Below the pieces are notes generated by a model. That model saw nothing but the letters and a program-made list of their open reading frames with translations, did no database searches and was not told the DNA's origin. A DNA stretch of 20,000 nucleotides, from positions 111,954 through 131,953 of the IMG/VR virus record IMGVR_UViG_3300033069_000905. One strand, written 5' to 3'. The position numbers were made by a program, and so were the translations under genes. Shown piece by piece: positions 7,988-16,021 of this stretch (position 1 is its first letter; each line of letters begins with the position of its first letter). This stretch comes from an uncultured virus (IMG/VR IMGVR_UViG_3300033069_000905) (lineage: Duplodnaviria > Heunggongvirae > Uroviricota > Caudoviricetes).

Positions 7988-8016
7988 ATTATCACACGAT
8001 ACGCACAGTTTGTCAA
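7988..8016 (-). promoter_or_regulatory. sigma70-type promoter
   Basis: TTGACA-17 bp-GATAAT. Confidence 0.75.
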
Positions 8017-8483
8017 GAGTTAGGCAAGTAAATCCACTCTCGCCCTGCGGCTAACCATAAATCCATAGACGCACTGTGAGGGTACTGCTCAGCAAAAACG
8101 ATGCGCTTACACCCTGTCCCCAACAATGACTTAACGCAGCGAATACAAGGGGATGCAGTAACGTAAGCTGTGTATATTTTCCTTACGTTTTTACAATACA
8201 GCAAGGCGTTATCCTCTGCATGAAGGGCTTCACAGCCATCCAAGTTCGTACCTGAAGGGGCAAATGCCGCAGAACAGGCATGGGGATAAACCGCACCTAT
8301 CTCGTGGCTAACTGTGTCGCAGTTAGGCAAACCCGCAGCTTTCCCATTGTACCCTGTCGACATGATTCTGTTATGCTTGGTTACGATGACACAACCCACC
8401 TTACGCCGCAGACAACTCCCCCGTGCAGCTACGTCTTTGGCAATCTGCATAAAATACTCATCCCACGAGGGTCTAGTTTCCAT
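8013..8483 (-). CDS. dCMP deaminase (ComEB-like)
   Basis: RPSWDEYFM, RRKVGCVI, TGYNG, HAE and SPCIRC zinc-deaminase motifs. Confidence 0.93.
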   Translation of the reverse strand: METRPSWDEYFMQIAKDVAARGSCLRRKVGCVIVTKHNRIMSTGYNGKAAGLPNCDTVSHEIGAVYPHACSAAFAPSGTNLDGCEALHAEDNALLYCKNVRKIYTAYVTASPCIRCVKSLLGTGCKRIVFAEQYPHSASMDLWLAAGREWIYLPNS

Positions 8484-8859
8484 TTTTAATCCTTTTGTCT
8501 CGTTGAACAAACAACTCAGTGATCCCATCTATAGCCGCGTTGTAGTCATCAACCCACTTCGCTGAATCAACCTTCCTCCACGGCTTAGCCGCACGTTTAA
8601 CAGCACACCACGCATAGCCCGCTGTCTTCGGCCACTTCTTCACCGCTTCGATATACAAGTCCAAGTCTTCTGCGGCTAAGTTCTCCGCATCAGCCCCCGG
8701 CACAAAAATATCGTTGCAATTAATTGCAGGATAGGCACCGTCGTCCCACGTTTCTTTTATGCTGTTGTAGCTGGTCAGGAAAATCTGATCTTCCACCAGC
8801 AACCAGAAAATCTTGCGTGCCGTTTCAAGTTCTGTGGTCAATACGTTCAACTCAGACAT
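8473..8859 (-). CDS. hypothetical protein
   Basis: ORF overlapping both neighbours in operon fashion. Confidence 0.75.
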   Translation of the reverse strand: MSELNVLTTELETARKIFWLLVEDQIFLTSYNSIKETWDDGAYPAINCNDIFVPGADAENLAAEDLDLYIEAVKKWPKTAGYAWCAVKRAAKPWRKVDSAKWVDDYNAAIDGITELFVQRDKRIKNGN

Positions 8860-9157
8860 CTACTTTTCTCTCAAACGTGTTTAAAAGTTCGTGCTTCAAA
8901 ATAGCCGCACCATCATCCAGCGTAGCCTCGTCAGCCATGGCGTATTCCTTCCATAGCATTGATAACTGCTCGCCCACTTCGTTAATCAAGTCAGATCGTT
9001 TCTTGGTGTAGGCACACATATTTAGCCGGGGCACTTCTAATACAAAATACGAATCATCATCAAAAGCGATGTTGCACATGAAAGGCGCTCTTGCTTTGAA
9101 GATTTCGTTCTTGTGCCTTATTACCCAAAAGAAGAACGGTGTTGTCGTATTACCCAA
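8852..9157 (-). CDS. hypothetical protein, HicB-like fold (tentative)
   Basis: DSYFVLEVPRLNMCAYTKKRSDLINEV resembles the HicB N-terminal pattern. Confidence 0.5.
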   Translation of the reverse strand: MGNTTTPFFFWVIRHKNEIFKARAPFMCNIAFDDDSYFVLEVPRLNMCAYTKKRSDLINEVGEQLSMLWKEYAMADEATLDDGAAILKHELLNTFERKVDV

Positions 9158-9365
9158 AACACTGCCCTATGGTCTGCTTGCCAATGACTATCTTCAAGTC
9201 TGTAGGTATGTTCCCGAACTGTGCAGATAGCTCCCCACATTTCAGTTGAGCGAAGCCGTTGACACCCCTTGGGTGGGCAATCACGTCCAAGTCGCTTTTA
9301 CACCATCTAGGGTCTAGCTCGGAAGATAGCGACCAATACCGCAACCCGATGCTATTTTCCATCAA
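9150..9365 (-). CDS. small hypothetical protein
   Basis: Overlaps both neighbours. Confidence 0.55.
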   Translation of the reverse strand: MMENSIGLRYWSLSSELDPRWCKSDLDVIAHPRGVNGFAQLKCGELSAQFGNIPTDLKIVIGKQTIGQCFG

Positions 9366-9730
9366 GCAGACTTTGCAAAGTTAACCTGAGCTATTTTATC
9401 GCCATACTCTATCACGCTGGTAAGTCCCCCCAACGTCCATAACCCAATGATAATCTCACCCGAACCCTGCACCACCACAACGGGTGTTGGGCTAGAAAGA
9501 TTCTTGTACTTCAGGTTAGGAACGACGGTAACCAGTGCCAGAACACCCGACTCAACTATAAGACCGATGTTTGTTCTAAACCACTGCGTTGTAGACCCTA
9601 TGGGGACGATATTCCCGTGGTTGAATTCACACCCGATGACACCCACCGCGTACAAAGGGAGAGGATTAATTACCCGCCCATCAGGGTAGAACGATTTAAC
9701 CGTGGAATCATGATAAACAATGGTTGCCAT
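9362..9730 (-). CDS. degenerate trimeric dUTPase-like protein
   Basis: IVPIG...TNIGLIVESG...GEIIIGL...IEYGDKIAQVNF follows the dUTPase fold; catalytic motifs are lost; CGGAGTG RBS. Confidence 0.65.
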   Translation of the reverse strand: MATIVYHDSTVKSFYPDGRVINPLPLYAVGVIGCEFNHGNIVPIGSTTQWFRTNIGLIVESGVLALVTVVPNLKYKNLSSPTPVVVVQGSGEIIIGLWTLGGLTSVIEYGDKIAQVNFAKSA

Positions 9731-9740
9731 GTGCACTCCG

Positions 9741-9755
9741 TGCAAGTAATTTCAA
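9741..9755. promoter_or_regulatory. recurrent motif TGCAAGTAATTTCAA, copy 2
   Basis: Directly upstream of the RBS of the dUTPase-like gene. Confidence 0.55.
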
Positions 9756-9979
9756 CAGAACAGAAGTTTCCCACGATAAAGTTCGTCAGGGATTTGTTTT
9801 ATGTGCCGTGCATAGCCCCTAAAAAAATTCTGCTGCAACTCGGCATTTTCCCAAAACGGAAGAAACTCCCGATAAGGGTTTTTGAAGTCGATATACACCT
9901 GCTGCTGAAGGTGGGGGCTATAGAGTAGTTGCAGGATCATGACAATCTGATCCCGCGTCAGATTATTGAGCGACCACAT
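9752..9979 (-). CDS. small hypothetical protein (MWSLNNL...)
   Basis: ATG 2 nt after the upstream stop. Confidence 0.6.
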   Translation of the reverse strand: MWSLNNLTRDQIVMILQLLYSPHLQQQVYIDFKNPYREFLPFWENAELQQNFFRGYARHIKQIPDELYRGKLLFC

Positions 9980-9981
9980 GG

Positions 9982-10356
9982 TTACTTGATACGACCTTCT
10001 GGCCCACCAATCTTGTGTATTGGCTTTGCTGCTCTGGACTGATCCCGCGTGCGGTAGAAATAGACTCGATCTTCTTTGCCCACACGAATATTGGTTTTCC
10101 ATCCCGAAGGCGTCTTCTCAATACGTGCGGGGGGTTTCAGTTTGCCTGTGGGCTTGTTGATTACCTGCGGGTCAATCGGCGGGGGATCATCGGGGGACAA
10201 GTTCAAAGAGTCATATAGGGGTTTCATTACGGCATAAGGCAAATCTGTCATCACCACGCCGTATCTCGTCCTAGTGGTGACAACTACATCCCCATCAGAA
10301 TAGATTTCAACCAGACCCGAAGGCACGTTGGCTTTTCCTACGATGCTTAATTTCAT
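9982..10356 (-). CDS. hypothetical protein
   Basis: AGGAAG RBS; preceded by a TATACT -10-like element at 10387-10392. Confidence 0.7.
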   Translation of the reverse strand: MKLSIVGKANVPSGLVEIYSDGDVVVTTRTRYGVVMTDLPYAVMKPLYDSLNLSPDDPPPIDPQVINKPTGKLKPPARIEKTPSGWKTNIRVGKEDRVYFYRTRDQSRAAKPIHKIGGPEGRIK

Positions 10357-10420
10357 GATGCTTCCTATGATATTTACTATGGTTTGAGTATAACCAAGAA
10401 CCTGAAAAACACAAAGCGCA

Positions 10421-12520
10421 CTACGACGCTTTCAGAATCTTCGCAAAATCCATTTTGGTGATGTTGGCGTCTTTGGGGTCAAACTTACCGTTGTTTCCAA
10501 CAGCAGACTTTATTTGTTCGGGATTAAAAGCAACTATCTCATCATACTTGGAGTCAGCAGTATTGCCGTGGATAAAGATTCCGTCAAAGCCCTTCTCAGC
10601 TAGATTAACCGACTCCAAATCATTCTGTTCTTCTGTGTTTTCGTTGTAGCGGTCAATATCAGCAGATGTTGCTATGTACGGCTTCTTTATACTAAGATAC
10701 ACAGGCATGACGTTAGCCCCGGAACCACCACCCCGCGTAAACCTGTCTGCAAACTCAGGGTTGTTAGAAAAGAAAAACCCCATCCAATGCGTTTTTGACC
10801 CGCCAGTTTTCTGTGGTGCCTTATAGCTAAACTCAGTGAAGTCAGAATTCGTTCCGTGATACATCACCCGTGGTTTCCCTTCTTTATCTACTACCTTACT
10901 CCTTTTGAACCACGCCTTGAATTCTTTTGTTTCTGTTTGCCCTGTATGGTCTATCCACTGATTGCCGTGGAAAGCATGACCGTCCTTATCCCCTTTCAGT
11001 AGCTGTGAAAAATCACGTTTTAAGGTACGCCCAACTAAACTAACTTTCCTGTCTGTGGGGATGGCGCGCCACTTTCCATCCCCCGCTTTATAATGAACGG
11101 CAGTTAATTGCACTTCTTTCCACTTCTTTGTATTGATGTAGGAATTACCCATCCCGAAGCTAGGTGGGTTGTCTTCTGAGTCCCAACCAACAGGCTGTTT
11201 TCCTTCCAAGACAACAGAAACAGAGAAAGAGACACGCTTCTGTCCGTCAGCAAAACGGCTCTCTACTTCTTTGCGGTTTTCCCCATCAATACCTTCCTCT
11301 GTATAAGCAAACTCTTTTGAATCATCTAAACCAGCACCGTCTTGGTGGGAGTACCAGTAGTTTCCTACGCGCTTGGTGTCGACCATACCTAAAACGTCTT
11401 CGGCTGTGGCCGTTCCGTCTTTTATCTTATGGTAAAGGCCGATGTTAGCTTCCACGTTAGCCTCTATGCCTCTGGATATGGTGTGTCCTGATTTACTCGC
11501 GTCAACAGGGCTTAAGTCAGACCACTGATTCCCACGGAAAGGATGGCCTACCTTATCACCCTTCTGTGTAGCACCGACTTGAGCCAGCGTCTTTGAAAAC
11601 ACCTTGGGGAAGCTAAACATCAAGTCCAATGCTTTTCTAACGGGGATCGACATGCGGTTGATGTTAACCTTACCGTCTGGATTCAATTCCAAGTTCCTAG
11701 CCCAACGGTTCGTACCGTCCAGAACATAATTATCCTTTGACACGGTTATCGGCTTACTCAAAGCTTCGGGGGTCAGTTGTTTCGCTTGTTCCACATTAAA
11801 GTGCTTCTGTGTGGGCTTCAAAGAAGAAAGGTGTACCTGTTCTGGTGTAATGGTGATACCTTTCTTCTTAGCGAATTCAGTGAACTCAGGAAAGTCTGAG
11901 GATTGAATCTGCGGCATGTCTTTTCGATCAATGCCAAGAGAATCTGAAAAATTACCCTTTTCATCCCACAGCGGTTTTTTATTAGAAAACGCCTTGTCTA
12001 TGGCCGTAGCAATACGATGTGTATTATCTCCATCCTTCGCTGCTTCTGCTAATATGTCCTTTACAGGGACTTCTTTTATTAGTTTCGAAGTGAACCCCGC
12101 ACCGTCGCTAGGGAAGCTGTAGCCTGTGCCGAAGAAATACTGATCCCGCCCGACTTGGGGGTTAGTTCCTTTTTCTTCTGGGTTTCCCTTGAAACCAATA
12201 TGCTCGTACTCCCCTGTATCTTTGGTGAGCGTGACTTCATGGGAGTAAATCTTCTCGTCCTTGATTTCGCCTTCTTCTTTCCAGTTCAGTATATGGGCTT
12301 CGATCCCGAACGCATTGCCCCCGTTGACACCTTTCAGTTCGGGGGACGTTCCAACACGATAAACAATAAATTTGGTTCCTGCTTTAAGAACAGGATTTTT
12401 CTGTACGGCATCCCATCCTTCGGCACTGACGTTAGCCTTGGCAAAACGTCCACCCTTACTGGAACCTGCGGGTTCATGGTAAGGGTCGGATTTCATTATC
12501 CGTGAGAACGTCGTGCCCAT
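10421..12520 (-). CDS. modular polyvalent-type protein with ParB/Srx-like and C-terminal ADP-ribosyltransferase-like (ART-PolyVal) domains
   Basis: LKPTQ...PITVSKDNYVLDGTNRW (ParB-like); VMYHGT...GFFFS...VMPVYLSIKKP...GFDGI...EIVAFNPEQIKSA (ART-PolyVal-like); repeated KGDKxGHxFxGNQW linkers. Confidence 0.75.
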   Translation of the reverse strand: MGTTFSRIMKSDPYHEPAGSSKGGRFAKANVSAEGWDAVQKNPVLKAGTKFIVYRVGTSPELKGVNGGNAFGIEAHILNWKEEGEIKDEKIYSHEVTLTKDTGEYEHIGFKGNPEEKGTNPQVGRDQYFFGTGYSFPSDGAGFTSKLIKEVPVKDILAEAAKDGDNTHRIATAIDKAFSNKKPLWDEKGNFSDSLGIDRKDMPQIQSSDFPEFTEFAKKKGITITPEQVHLSSLKPTQKHFNVEQAKQLTPEALSKPITVSKDNYVLDGTNRWARNLELNPDGKVNINRMSIPVRKALDLMFSFPKVFSKTLAQVGATQKGDKVGHPFRGNQWSDLSPVDASKSGHTISRGIEANVEANIGLYHKIKDGTATAEDVLGMVDTKRVGNYWYSHQDGAGLDDSKEFAYTEEGIDGENRKEVESRFADGQKRVSFSVSVVLEGKQPVGWDSEDNPPSFGMGNSYINTKKWKEVQLTAVHYKAGDGKWRAIPTDRKVSLVGRTLKRDFSQLLKGDKDGHAFHGNQWIDHTGQTETKEFKAWFKRSKVVDKEGKPRVMYHGTNSDFTEFSYKAPQKTGGSKTHWMGFFFSNNPEFADRFTRGGGSGANVMPVYLSIKKPYIATSADIDRYNENTEEQNDLESVNLAEKGFDGIFIHGNTADSKYDEIVAFNPEQIKSAVGNNGKFDPKDANITKMDFAKILKAS

Positions 12521-12521
12521 G

Positions 12522-12791
12522 TTACCGAATGGGTTTGCGATTGACTTCGTGGGGAACTACTTTTTGATTGTGCCGCTTCCAGAACGGAATCTGTTCAGGG
12601 ATGGATTCCCCTGTGGCCGGGTCAGCTTCATAGCAATACTGCCAGTGTCCTGATGCGAACGTGGCGATCAGGATGTTGACCTTTTCATCCACATCAAAGA
12701 AGCTCAAGCAGCCGTGATCTACCGTGGCAAGGTCAGCGTAAATCCATATCTGCTCACCTTTGGTGAACACGCTGTAGTAAATTTTATTCAT
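12522..12791 (-). CDS. hypothetical protein
   Basis: GGAG RBS; abuts the downstream gene. Confidence 0.7.
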   Translation of the reverse strand: MNKIYYSVFTKGEQIWIYADLATVDHGCLSFFDVDEKVNILIATFASGHWQYCYEADPATGESIPEQIPFWKRHNQKVVPHEVNRKPIR

Positions 12792-12804
12792 GAAGTCTCC
12801 AATG

Positions 12805-12863
12805 AGTATTAGGCGTCGATTGACGCTATCGAATCATACCCCGTAAGGGTATCTCCTAATACT
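12805..12863. other. intergenic branched stem-loop element
   Basis: Outer stem AGTATTAGG/CCTAATACT enclosing ATACCC/GGGTAT and TCGAT/ATCGA hairpins. Confidence 0.6.
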
Positions 12864-12864
12864 A

Positions 12865-13134
12865 TCACGCTTTCATGGAGAACGGGCTAGGAACCCGCAT
12901 GGACAAAGGACTTGGGGGTGTTTTCTGCTTTTTGCTCTTGGGGGATTTTACCTCGGGTGGTGTTAGGGAAAACTCATTATAACAGGGCACAGGAGCGGCC
13001 ACATAGCCCCCACAGTCACGTTCTAGCACGGGAGACTTAGATACCCATGCGGGTTCATCAGCGCAGCCTACAAAGCCTTGTATGTTGCTTGGTCGTTTCT
13101 TTGAACAAGACGAGCATTTAACCATACACGCCAA
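12865..13134 (-). CDS. Cys-containing hypothetical protein with Pro/Lys-rich tail
   Basis: ORF overlapping the upstream stop; CSSC...C...C. Confidence 0.6.
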   Translation of the reverse strand: MACMVKCSSCSKKRPSNIQGFVGCADEPAWVSKSPVLERDCGGYVAAPVPCYNEFSLTPPEVKSPKSKKQKTPPSPLSMRVPSPFSMKA

Positions 13135-13567
13135 GTTCTATAGCGATCTGCTCAGTCTTCATGCTTCTGACGATTTGATAGGCGGGGGCGGATGAGTATA
13201 GTCGAATACACGCATCCAATTCTTCTCTGAAGTTTTTTATTAGATCGTCGGGGATCGGTGTCCCCACACGAAGCCACTTACCCATCTTGCGGATTGCAAG
13301 TAATTTCAAATCGCCCCTCATGTCGTGGGCTAATCGCTCGAAAGCAGAGCACCAACTCTCCATTGCCGCCTCTACTTCTAGGTACTCACCTTCCCAATCA
13401 AGGAAGACGACATCAGCACCGACATGGAAAACAGCGTCGTCAAGAATCTGCCGATAGAAATACTCCATCGGAAAAACAAAAGCGCTAAGCCGCTTCTTTG
13501 AAACTGGCTTGTTCTGATCCTGAATCCGTGGCTTGTATTGCTTGCGGGGTTTTTTGTTTTTCGCCAT
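13118..13567 (-). CDS. hypothetical phage protein (MAKNKKPRKQYKPR...)
   Basis: Basic N-terminus followed by a helical domain. Confidence 0.7.
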   Translation of the reverse strand: MAKNKKPRKQYKPRIQDQNKPVSKKRLSAFVFPMEYFYRQILDDAVFHVGADVVFLDWEGEYLEVEAAMESWCSAFERLAHDMRGDLKLLAIRKMGKWLRVGTPIPDDLIKNFREELDACIRLYSSAPAYQIVRSMKTEQIAIELGVYG

Positions 13568-13781
13568 CTTGATAATGTAAAAAGCCACGTAAAAGCGGGG
13601 CAAGGTACTTTGTCACCACATAGTAATCGTGGGTATTAGGCTTCTCAAACAAGTGGTGTGACCCTGTGCTGGTCATCACGCTTAACACCTTGAATTCACC
13701 CTTGCCCTCAATGAATCGTATTCCTTGGTGGGAAAGCCAGTCTTTAAAAGCAGGAAGGTCAGACTTCAGTAGCTTTGACAT
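13485..13781 (-). CDS. hypothetical protein
   Basis: GAGGG RBS; tail overlaps the next gene by 83 bp. Confidence 0.65.
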   Translation of the reverse strand: MSKLLKSDLPAFKDWLSHQGIRFIEGKGEFKVLSVMTSTGSHHLFEKPNTHDYYVVTKYLAPLLRGFLHYQDGEKQKTPQAIQATDSGSEQASFKEAA

Positions 13782-13838
13782 AAAACCCTCTTAACAGTGG
13801 ATGATATGCCATTTTACCTGTTCTTGGCTTCCTGTTCA

Positions 13839-14042
13839 CTACTGCCTTGGTTTGTTCTCGTTGAGAACGTCAGCTATCTTCTTGAAGGTTGCATCATCAA
13901 GATGGATAGCATACCCCATAAAATCTTCCAGATGTTCTGGGTTGCCGTAGCATGCCACGCCATCTTCATAGCGTGTAAACATCGCGTCCAGAAGGTCAAG
14001 CAGTTCTATTTCGAGCGGAGTGTAACTATACGGTGTGGTCAA
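13839..14042 (-). CDS. small hypothetical protein
   Basis: GGGAG RBS; overlaps the upstream stop. Confidence 0.6.
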   Translation of the reverse strand: MTTPYSYTPLEIELLDLLDAMFTRYEDGVACYGNPEHLEDFMGYAIHLDDATFKKIADVLNENKPRQ

Positions 14043-14262
14043 TCTTAGCTCCCAAAGGATTCACACCTTCCTCTGGATACTCATCAAGGTAGGCCACAAA
14101 CCGATAGTGCTCAACTTCGCCGTCGTCGTTCGCCACACCCACTTCAGGGCATGGGATGATCGTCATTTCAGTTTCGAATTCATCGGTGTAATCAAGGTCT
14201 TTGACAACCAAGCCAACTGACTCAGCAAGGTCTTTAATTTCCTTTCCATTAAGGGTAATCAT
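14026..14262 (-). CDS. small acidic hypothetical protein
   Basis: ATGA overlap with the upstream gene. Confidence 0.7.
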   Translation of the reverse strand: MITLNGKEIKDLAESVGLVVKDLDYTDEFETEMTIIPCPEVGVANDDGEVEHYRFVAYLDEYPEEGVNPLGAKIDHTV

Positions 14263-14483
14263 GACGTGCCACCCGAAGTATCAGGCAAGTCTCTCCCCGC
14301 TCTCGAAAACACGCCGCGTCGAAACTCTTGGCAGAGACTTTCAAGAGTGGCTGAATCCAACTCGGCTAAAGGGATGGATTCCTTTACAGAAAAGCCTTCC
14401 TGCTTAAGCCGTGGGCGTCCAACCGTGTACACGGACGTAGGAACATCAAAAGGTTGCAGTTCAACCTCAATAGAGATTTTCAT
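14259..14483 (-). CDS. small hypothetical phage protein
   Basis: GGGGAG RBS; abuts the upstream stop. Confidence 0.7.
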   Translation of the reverse strand: MKISIEVELQPFDVPTSVYTVGRPRLKQEGFSVKESIPLAELDSATLESLCQEFRRGVFSRAGRDLPDTSGGTS

Positions 14484-14894
14484 TTATAGCTCCCCGTGGG
14501 CAGTGGTTACTGATTTCGTTATCCCTGCTTGCGTCAGTTCAACCACCCGCTGAGCAATGATTTCGTTGTGCGCCGATGCTTTCGCTGCGGCACGTATAAC
14601 ACCAGTAAAAGCCCCCCGATACTGTGACGCCAGCGTGTCTGAAATTTCTTTCCGCAGTGCTATGGAGATGTCATTTTCCAGCTTGGCATTGAATTCAGGT
14701 GATGCGAACACTTTAGCCAGACCAGCATCAATAACCTTGACAATCTTAGGTTCCGCCTTCTTGATAGCGGTTTCTACGACCGTCTTTATCTGCGCACCCG
14801 TACCATACCTGTCCTTGAGCATGGAAGTCAACGCCCCTTGTATCCCGTCTTCTATCCACCGCTTAATCTGATCATCTGTGATTGTGATTGCCAT
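14484..14894 (-). CDS. hypothetical helical protein
   Basis: TAATG coupling; GGGGAG RBS. Confidence 0.75.
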   Translation of the reverse strand: MAITITDDQIKRWIEDGIQGALTSMLKDRYGTGAQIKTVVETAIKKAEPKIVKVIDAGLAKVFASPEFNAKLENDISIALRKEISDTLASQYRGAFTGVIRAAAKASAHNEIIAQRVVELTQAGITKSVTTAHGEL

Positions 14895-14908
14895 TATAGC
14901 TCCCCGTG
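14484..14908. repeat. 15-bp direct repeat TTATAGCTCCCCGTG at 14484-14498 and 14894-14908
   Basis: Exact match; both copies encode HGEL-stop plus the RBS of the next gene. Confidence 0.85.
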
Positions 14909-15109
14909 TACGGCTAAGTTGATAATGCTGTTCTCGCCCATGCGATTGTATTCGATAGCGAACTGGAAAGCCTTTTCATCATAGGCTAACGTTTGCCCTG
15001 TTGACCTACGCAATTCATTTTCAGACACCATCCCCGCAATTTCAGCGTTGAGGCTTGCCGCCCGTGCATTGAGTATAGCGGCTCGTAGTTCTTCAGTTTG
15101 TATTGTCAT
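14894..15109 (-). CDS. small hypothetical protein
   Basis: ATGA overlap with the upstream gene. Confidence 0.7.
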   Translation of the reverse strand: MTIQTEELRAAILNARAASLNAEIAGMVSENELRRSTGQTLAYDEKAFQFAIEYNRMGENSIINLAVHGEL

Positions 15110-15675
15110 TTTCTTCTTCCCACTTCAAACGCAGCACGCAAAACGGCGTGTGCTTCATCACCAAGGTCAGGGTCAGCGTCATCACCTTCTTCATGCCAGA
15201 ATTCTTGGATCAAAGTTCTGTCGGGAAGACGCTTCCATACGCACTGGTCAGGAAAATCAATGTTCAAGCGCAAGGTTTTGATCAACTCGTAGCGATCCCC
15301 CAAGTTCTTCAGCGGATTCCATACATCCCCATTGATCAGCATCATACCGTCGACGGGGAACTTTTTGTTCTCCTGTACGTAGATATAATCCATGGCAATC
15401 GCAGCCGCTTCTAATAGTTCACGATCCGTCACTTGCAATCCTTTCTTATTGTGGGCATCAATGTCGGTATTGCTTGGTCTGCAAGGTGTATAAGGTACAA
15501 ACTCGTAGCGTCTTCCAGCGTCATCAGCCGCTAGGCGTAGTGCATCTTCCGCGCTTATGATTTGCCAGTCCCCCCATGTATTCGGGCCATTCTCGTGACC
15601 ATCAGGAAATCCAAGGTTGTAGACTCGCCACAACCATTGATCATACAGTGGCGTAGTTTCACGATCCGTCATCAT
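15106..15675 (-). CDS. hypothetical protein, probable in-frame fusion of two small genes
   Basis: GGAG RBS before ATG 15675/15672; internal AAGGA plus GTG start at 15432 (VTDRELLEAAA). Confidence 0.65.
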   Translation of the reverse strand: MMTDRETTPLYDQWLWRVYNLGFPDGHENGPNTWGDWQIISAEDALRLAADDAGRRYEFVPYTPCRPSNTDIDAHNKKGLQVTDRELLEAAAIAMDYIYVQENKKFPVDGMMLINGDVWNPLKNLGDRYELIKTLRLNIDFPDQCVWKRLPDRTLIQEFWHEEGDDADPDLGDEAHAVLRAAFEVGRRK

Positions 15676-16021
15676 CACTCCATAGTTTATGGACGTACAC
15701 ACGCAAGCCCCTACGTCTGGCACTATCAATCATCCCCTTGGTGCCTTTGCTGTCCCCATCCCACAATGCAATCAGGGCTTCAGCGTGCTTTGACATTTCA
15801 TCATTCCTGATATGCCCTGCCCTTTTTCCATAGCGTTCCCAATTCGCAGGGAACTGCTCGCACGGAACACCGAACTCCATCGCCCATGCTTCGCCCATCT
15901 GATCCACACCACGGGCAGTTCCGCTGATGACTACCGTGGGCGTCCAGCCACATAGCTTCAACGCCCGTAGCAGTTCCCTCTTGTCGTAGCATCCACGGCT
16001 ACCCGCGATGATTGTTCTCAT
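15659..16021 (-). CDS. SLOG-superfamily protein (YspA/DUF2493-like)
   Basis: IIAGSR, VVISGTARGVD, FPANWERYGKRAGHIRN, ALWDGDSKGT. Confidence 0.88.
   Translation of the reverse strand: MRTIIAGSRGCYDKRELLRALKLCGWTPTVVISGTARGVDQMGEAWAMEFGVPCEQFPANWERYGKRAGHIRNDEMSKHAEALIALWDGDSKGTKGMIDSARRRGLRVYVHKLWSDDDGS

Noticed and set aside
12805..12863. Hammerhead ribozyme, tRNA or intrinsic terminator
   Set aside because: No CUGAnGA/GAAA core, no T-loop or cloverleaf, and no U-tract on either strand.
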